Source: Heterodontus francisci (Eukaryota). Taken from it: DNA of 64,000 nt. The notes beneath the pieces are model-generated. The model was not told the DNA's origin, did no database searches, and worked only from the letters and a program-made list of their open reading frames with translations. Positions 49,760 through 64,000 of this stretch are shown here, in pieces. A program made the translations under genes and the position numbers. Each line of letters begins with the position of its first letter. The stretch's first letter is position 1. The DNA lies in the NCBI RefSeq assembly GCF_036365525.1, contig NC_090419.1, positions 11,656,001 through 11,720,000 of the forward strand, written 5' to 3'.

Positions 49760-51775
49760 TGTTTATCAGACCCCTATCTCAAACCCTGATCAACCAGAAC
49801 ACTTCACTCATACCCCGGTTAATCAGACCCCATCCATCCGGCCCCCGTCAATCAGACCCCAATAGACTCCACCCATTTGATGTATCAGACCACTATCCAT
49901 CAGATCACTGCGACCTGTCAGACCCTTTTCTATCTGACTCTCTTCTGTCAGATTCCCATCACTCAGACATACATCAATCAGTATCCATCCATCACATAAT
50001 CTATGAAACCAACATCGAACAGATCAGTTCCGAAGAAGGGTCACTGACCCGAAACGTTAACTCTGCTTCTCTTTCCACAGATGCTGCCAGACCTGCTGAG
50101 TGATTCCAGCATATCTTGTTTTTGTATCGAACAGATCCCCTTTTTGCCTTCATTCCCTTGTCAACTATACCCCCTCAATCACATTCACATCTTTCAGACC
50201 GCATCCATCAGATCCCCGTTTAACATGATTCAGAACCCATATATCAGAAGACCATCCATCAGACCCGCAACTATATACAACCAATTATCTCATTCATATC
50301 TGCCGTTCCCATATATTATCTCCCCATGTATTGTAGCTACATCAGTCAGAGCCCTTCTTTCAGATCTCCATTCATCAGACCGTATCAGACTGTATCTATC
50401 AACGACATCCCATCAAGCCCGCGGTTGTCAGGACCAACATTTTCAGAGCCCGTCTGTTTGATACCATTCCACCAGAACCCCACCTGACTGACTGTATCTA
50501 TTAGACACCTCTGTTAGACCCACATCGATCAGATCCACATGTATCAGCTCCCATCTCTCAAAGTCTCATCAGCCAGACCCCACCTATCAGTCCACCATGT
50601 ATCAGCTCCCTGTGTATCTGTCCCGCATCTGAATGAGCCCAGCCTTAACATCCACATCCACCAGACCGGTGTCAATTATACTCCATCGATCAGACTCAAT
50701 CCATTAGATTCCATCCATGTGTCACACCCTCATCTTTACGTTCCCCATCGCTCAGATCCTCTTCTATCGGAACCACATATGTCACATCACATCCATTAGA
50801 TCACCATGCGCACACCCATTTCTGTCACAGTCCCAAAAACCGGACTTACACCTGCCAGAAGATATCCATCATTCATCATCTATCAGATACCCATCTGACA
50901 GACACCATTTACCAATTTCCACATCTATCAGACCCGCTTCATCTACTCCGAATCATTCAGAATTCCGTCTATCAGAGCCACATCTATTGGACACGATCTA
51001 CATGAACCCTAACTATCATTTCCCCACATATCAGATAGACATCCATCGGACCACATGCTTCAGACGTCTTCCGAGAGATCACACATCAATCGTGACAATA
51101 TCTGTCAGTCCCCAACTCTGACATCCCCATCTATCAGACACCCTCCTGACTGGCTCCAGCTACCAGACCCACATCTATCCATACCCATGTACCAGACCTC
51201 ATCTATCAGGCACCAATCGATCAAAGATGCATCAGTGACAGTTATCCATCAGATCGATACCTCATTCATCTACTGCTAACAAACCGACGACCAGCAAATC
51301 TCATCTATCAGACGCATATCGATCAGATCTCATCTATGAGACGCCCATCTATCAGCTCCCCATCTATCACTCTCTTATCGCCCAGATCCTCATCAGAAAC
51401 ACGTAGTCACACTCTATCAGACCCCATCTATAAGACCCCATCTCTCAAAACCACATGCACCAGGCAACCACGCGTCACAGCCCTTCTATCAGCTCCAACC
51501 AATCAGAACACTCCCCTACTCCCAGCACACACGCACCCTCCCATCAGACCCCGGTCTGTCAGATCCCCATGTATCACACGCCAATGAATCAGACCCCGCC
51601 CCCATCTATCAGACCAACATCTCGCCGCCCCACGTCCATCAGACTCCACCAATCAGAAACACATCTAACAGATCGACATCTTTCAGACGACCATCTGTCA
51701 GACAACCACCCATCCAAACATCATCCATCAGATCCCTATATATCAGACACAATCTGTCAGATTTCATCTCTCTGA
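49760..51775. repeat. Degenerate 'catctatcagacccc' fossil satellite upstream of tubulin A1 (duplicated at ~62465-64000)
   Basis: For example 51301-51440: tcatctatcagacgca.., catctatcagctccc, catctatcactctc. Confidence 0.75.
50026..50125 (+). mobile_element. 100-bp Penelope-like-element terminal fragment with a 12-bp target-site duplication and a hammerhead-like motif
   Basis: Flanked by atcgaacagatc at 50014-50025 and 50126-50137. The paralogous site at ~62708 is empty (atcgatcagatc). Confidence 0.8.
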
Positions 51776-51789
51776 TTCAGTGAAGACAC

Positions 51790-52145
51790 ATGCAAAGCAC
51801 TCATTAAGTACCCTGGTGATGACCTTTGCCTTCACAGAGAGATTTCATTTCAGGTCCTCAATCTGCCCAAACCTTTCTGCGACTATCTTTTACTTTTTAT
51901 CTGCTTAAAAAAGGCTTTGGTGATCCCTTTTATATTACCTATTGATCTATTCTTATGCATTCTCTTTGCCCATCCATTTTCGTTATCCAGTTCTCCTCTG
52001 CACTTTCAGTACACAGCTTGAATATCATATTATGAAGCTGATATTAATTGTTAGCGACCTTTTCCTCTTTCTTTTTCATCTCCATTTCTTTAGTCATCCA
52101 GGTAGCTCCAGGATTGCAAGCCCTTCCTGTCCCCCTGATAGGAAT
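51790..52145 (-). mobile_element. Degenerate CR1-type LINE fragment
   Basis: AT-rich decayed sequence resembling the intronic fragment at 16.9-17.3 kb ('tttctttagtcatccaggtagctcc'). Weak match. Confidence 0.4.
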
Positions 52146-53488
52146 TAGGATCATTGATGTTCCGCCATTATTACTACTCTATTGTTTTACCATTTTTCTG
52201 AAATATCCCTTTAAATTTACTCCTCCACTGTTTTCCTTCTATTTGGTGCTTTACAGTATAGACATGGCAAGGTAAAAGCTCCTCCTCGCACTCATTAGCT
52301 CTAACCACATATATACAGTCCACAGTCAAACTCCGGCCTTGCTGGTAATTCCCAAACAGAAGAATGAAGTTACAGAACTAGACATTGACTCTACCTATAT
52401 ACACCATCCCCGTCGTTGCCCTCAATGTAGGCAACCCTGAGTTAGGGATGACAGACCAGCCATTGAAATGTTTTGTTCTCAGGATCTGAGTATCTCTGCC
52501 AAGGCTGGCATTCATTGCCCATTCGCAATTCTCCCAAGAACATGGAGTTGACCTTCTCAGTAGGAACTGTTCTTACAATGGAGCGGCTTGCAATGTGGTT
52601 TAAGGGTCACGCACACATGATAGGACTGGGGTCACATGTGGGCTCAGCAGTGTCACGAGTGGCAGCTTCCCTTCCCCTGAAGGGAGTTATTGAGTCTGTT
52701 GGATTTTGATGATCGTTCGCCAAAACTTTATGGTCAGTGGGCATGGTGTAAACTCACCAATTGATTGGATTCAATGACACTACTTGACTGATGGTCTTTG
52801 AGGACAGAAGCCCTGGATCCAGTACCATAACCATGACACTATGGTGCCCTGATTGGGATGGACATGTCTGTGGGAGAGGGCGTGTGCGAGAATCAAGGAT
52901 GTGATGTAGTGACAAGGCCCCGGTGCTAAGATTATCCATTGTGGCAAGGTGCTGGAAGGACAGCAGGCCGCTGTGAAATGGAAGCAGGATGAATCAGCAG
53001 CAGGAGAGGGAGGGAGATAAAGTGGGAGGGAGACAGAGGAAGGGCGACTGATGCAGGGCGGGAGAGAGAGAAAGGAAGAGAGAGAAAGGGGAAAAGTGAA
53101 CTGACTCAGGCAGTAACATGAAGGGAGAGGTGAACGAGAGAACAGGCTAGAGGCCCCTTTGCGAGGTCTAACACCCTCTCGGGTGCCCCCGAAAGTAAAA
53201 TGTGTTCTAATTCCAGGATCCTGCGGGTTTTATGAACTCCCGTTCTGGTTTCAATGATCTTCTTTGAACTTCAAGTATTATCACACCGTGTTTTCCTACC
53301 TCTCGTATATTCTTAGCATTCAAACGGACACAATTCAAAAATCATTTGCAAATACATTTATTTTCATAATTATGATTATTAACATCGATGTGAAATTAAG
53401 TTAAAGCTTTGGACTCTCTACATTAATAAGTCTGTTTGCGACTTGAGAAATTTAATTAAACTATTTTAACATTCTAAATGAATAAATC

Positions 53489-56610
<3,122 letters not shown>

Positions 56611-56667
56611 AATGTCCTTCTATTCTCGCAGCTCCTCTCAATGTGTTGCGGATGTTGCCGTTCGCGC

Positions 56668-56810
56668 TATTTATACCGCAGCATATTTTGCCAAGTCGAG
56701 GTCTGATTGGTCTGTGGGAACAAAAGGCTCTTGTTGCTTGGAGAAACCCCAGCAAAGAAGGCATGACTGGGCACAGCGCTGATTGGCTGCTTTGTGCAAA
56801 GGGCGGGGCC
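56668..56810 (-). promoter_or_regulatory. Core promoter of tubulin B: TATA box, two CCAAT boxes, GC box
   Basis: TATAAATA at 56675-56668; CCAAT at 56710-56706 and 56786-56782; gggcggggc at 56801-56809. Confidence 0.78.
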
Positions 56811-56929
56811 GAGTGCTCGCCACAATTGATTATGGGAGGAGCACCAGGTAACCAGGGAGATGAGCTTTGTCTCTCAGTCCCCCATTTCAAGCGATGATCA
56901 ATCAGATCCCATCTCAAGCCCCCGTTAAT

Positions 56930-57055
56930 CAGCCCCCATCAATCAGAGCCCTGTGGACCGTTCTATCTGTGTGGAACACCCTCACTCTCCGCATTGTAAC
57001 ACGTGTTCTTACCATTATGTCCTTCTATTCTCGAAGCTCCTGTCAATATGTTGTG
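56930..57055 (-). other. Duplicate of the tubulin B exon 1 region (ATG|gtaaga at 57015-57013); possible alternative first exon or relic
   Basis: About 125-bp direct repeat of 56525-56650 at 405-bp spacing. Donor intact, TATA absent. Confidence 0.7.
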
Positions 57056-58855
57056 CATGTTGACAAATCCATTGGTCTTTGAGAACTATAAGAGCATCTT
57101 GTGTTATTTAACTACTGATTGCTTTACTGATTCAATTACCAATATGTGGTTGTCTTTGACAATGCAACAATTGGAGTCTATTGAGAAATAAATGCTGGAA
57201 ATTTGAAATTCGCACACAAAATGCTGGAATCTATCAACCCACATCTTTCTTGCAGAACCACAACCATCAGAGCCTGGCCCAGTATACAACATCATTCACA
57301 TCCCCATCAATGAGTCCTCCATCAATTAGAGTGCATCTATCAGATTTCCTTCACTCAGATTACCATCAAACAGACCGCAGCGATCAGACCCCCTTCCAAC
57401 AGATATCCGCCAATCAACCATCTACCAGATTACCATCAGTGAGGCGCCAACTATCAAACTGCTAGTAATCAGACCCGTACTATCACACACCCTGTCCAAC
57501 AGACTGTCATCAGTCAAACCCTCATGTATCAGACCTCCAACAATCAGAACCTGATCATCATACCCTCATCAATTAGACCCCATTTTAAAGACCATCATGA
57601 AACCTAACTCCATAAACCAGGCCCCATAAACACATTATCATCAACCAGACTCTCATTAATCAGGCCTTCTTTCATCTCCCCCAATCAGATTGAGATAAGT
57701 CAGAGGCCTGTCAATCCGATGCACATTCATGACCTCCCCATTAATCAGGCAACTGTGAAACAAACCCCCATCTATAACAGCCCTGGCAACTACACCCTAT
57801 CAATCCAGCTGATAAACAGATCCCCATCATTCAATCATCCATCATCGAGTTCCCCATTAATCAGCTCCTTCTAACAGATTCCACTCAATCTCATTCCCGT
57901 CAATAAGACCACAATGATCAGAACCCCATCAATCACATTCCAATCCAGCAGGCCAGGACTTACATCTATCAGATCCACTGCCAGCAGATGGATGACCTCA
58001 GTTTATTACAGTCCCATGAGTCAAATCTATCAGAATCCCATTGATGTGGTCCCAACCTGTGACACCCAGCAAGGACCCGCATCAACCGGTCACCATCTAT
58101 CAGATTCACAAAAATCTCTTCCCAATCAATCATATTCCCGATCAATTTTTCGCCATCGATTAGATCCACACTTATTAGGCCACCATCTCTCACATCGCAA
58201 TCTGGGAGACATCAATAGTATGACCAATCAGATCAACGTGTATTCTATCCCATCAGTCAAATTCCCACCGATCCCACCCCCATTGGACAGATTCCCCTCA
58301 ATCTAATCCCCAATAATCAGATCCTCATCTCTCACATCCCCACCAATCTGCTCCCCATCGATTAGACTGTCAAGAATTCTCCCCGATCTATCAGCTTCCA
58401 ATCTGTGAATTCTATCAATGACCAGTATCTATCAAACCCACATTTATCAGACCCTATTAATCAGATTCCCCTCAACCCAATATCCGATATTCAGTTTCCA
58501 ATCGATCTGAAACAGTCTATCAGATCCCTGCTTGTAAAACCCATCAATCAAACACAAATCAATTAGACCCATTATCACTAGGATCCACCTCTACTCTAGG
58601 ACAGTGTTTTAATGATTGAAGTGCTGTGTGACACTTGGCCTGCAGCTCTGTGGAGTTTGATTAACCCACTTTCTGGGACCATTGATCATCTTCTATCTTC
58701 TTTTACACCGTGTTTCTCAATCTCTTCTCGTGCATTTGTGTTTTAATGAGACACACTTCCAAAATCATTTACAATAAATTTATTTACTTCAATAATAGTT
58801 ATAAGATCAATATGAATAAACGTTAAAATCTTTGTACTTTCTAAACTAATAAAAC

Positions 58856-62217
<3,362 letters not shown>

Positions 62218-62274
62218 AATGTCCTTCTATTCTCGCAGCTCCTGTCAATGTATTGCCTATGTTGCTGCTCGCCC

Positions 62275-62418
62275 TATTTATACCTCATTCTCCGAAGCCA
62301 ACTCGACTTCTTATTGGTCTGTGAGAACAAAGAGCTCCGGTTGCTTGGAGAAACATCAACATAAATGGAACGTTGGTGCTCAGTGTTGATTGTTTGCTTT
62401 GTGTAAAAGGCGGGACCA
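62275..62418 (-). promoter_or_regulatory. Core promoter of tubulin A2 (TATA, CCAAT, GC-box-like)
   Basis: TATAAATA at 62282-62275; same layout as A1. Confidence 0.75.
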
Positions 62419-64000
62419 GGTGTTGAAGATGTGAGGAGCACTGGGCAACAAGGGAGACGAGTATTGTTTATCAGACCCCTATCTCAACCAGAACACTTCA
62501 TTCAGACCCCGGTTAATCAAACCCCATCCATCCGGCTCCCGTCAATCAGACCCCAACAGACTCCACCCATTTGATGTATCAGACCACCATCCATCAGATC
62601 ACTGCGACCTGTTAGACCCTTTTCTATCTGACTCTCTTCTGTCACATTCCCATCACTCAGACATACTTCAATCAGATTCCATCCATCACATAATCTATGG
62701 AACCAACATCGATCAGATCCCCTTCATTCATTCATTCCCTTGTCAACTATACCCCCTCTATCATACTCACATCTTTCAGACCGCATCCATCAGATCTCCG
62801 TTTAACATGATTCAGAACCCATATATCAGAAGATCATCCATCAGACCCACAACTATATACAACCAATTATCTCATTCATATCTGCCGTTCCCATATATTA
62901 TCTCCCCATGTATTGTAGCTACATCAGTCAGAGCCCTTCTTTCAGATCTCCATTCATCAGACCGTATCAGACTGTATCTATCAACGACATCCCATCAAGC
63001 CCGCGGTTGTCAGGACCAACATTTTCAGAGCCCGTCTGTTTGATACCAATCCACCAGGACCCCACCTGACTGACTGTATCTATTAGACACCTCTGTTAGA
63101 CCCACATCGATCAGATCCACATGTATCAGCTCCCATCTCTCAAAGTCTCATCAGCCAGACCCCACCTATCAGTCCACCATGTATCAGCTCCCTGTGTATC
63201 TGTCCCGCATCTGAATGAGCCCAGCCTTAATTGACACCAGACCGGTGTCAATTATACTCCATCGATCAGACTCAATCCATTAGATTCCATCCATATGTCA
63301 TATCCTCATCATTCCATCTATCAAATTCTCTTCTATCAGACCCACATATGTCACATCACATCTATTAGATCACCATCCGCAGACCCACTTCTGTCTCACC
63401 CCCCAAAAACAGACTTACACCTGCCAGACAATATCTGTCATTCATCATCTATCAACTACACATCTGACAGATCCCAACTAAATAAATTCCCCATCTATCA
63501 GACCCGCTTCATCTAATCCAAATCATTCAGAACTCCGTTTATCAGAGCCCCATCTATCAGACACGATCTAAATGTCCCCTAACTATCATTTTCCCACATA
63601 TCAGATAGCCATCTATCAGACCACATGCTTCAGAGGTCTTCTGAGAGATCCCACATCAACCGTGACAATATCTTTCAGGCCCCAACTCTGACATCTCCAT
63701 CTATCAGACACCCTCCTGACCGGCTCCAGCTACCAGACCCACATCTATCCATGCCCATGTACCAGACCTCATCTATCAGGCACCAACCGATCAGAGCTGC
63801 ATCAGTGACAGTTATCCATCAGATCGATACCTCATTCATCTACTGCTAACAAACCGACGACCAGCAAATCTCATCTATCAGACGCATATCGATCAGATCT
63901 CATCTATGAGACGCCCATCTATCAGCTCCCCATCTATCACTTCCTTATCGACCAGTCCCTCATCAATGAGACACGGAACTGCTCTCTATCAGACCCCATA

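Overview
Vertebrate genomic DNA, most likely a cartilaginous fish (inferred from the HE1/V-SINE, CR1-type and Penelope-type repeats). 1-15.1 kb is gap-ridden C/T-rich tandem repeat. 16.1-26.1 kb holds eight coding exons of a MiT/TFE bHLH-ZIP gene on the + strand, most similar to TFE3; its first exon(s) are not visible and there is a 1-nt frame conflict at the fourth visible exon. 28-41.3 kb is a triplicated repeat block containing a 27-bp minisatellite, CR1 and RTE fragments and a V-SINE. 43.7-64 kb is a tandem array (~12.7-kb period) of three intact five-exon alpha-tubulin genes on the - strand plus two orphan ATG-only first exons. The tubulins are divergent: none encodes a C-terminal Tyr, the tails contain Arg-Arg, and helices H11/H12 are altered. 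One copy encodes Gln at the K40 acetylation site, and residues 38-41 are its only amino-acid differences from its near-identical twin. A 100-bp insertion with a 12-bp target-site duplication carries a hammerhead-ribozyme-like fold. All coordinates and counts were made by eye; no database searches were run.
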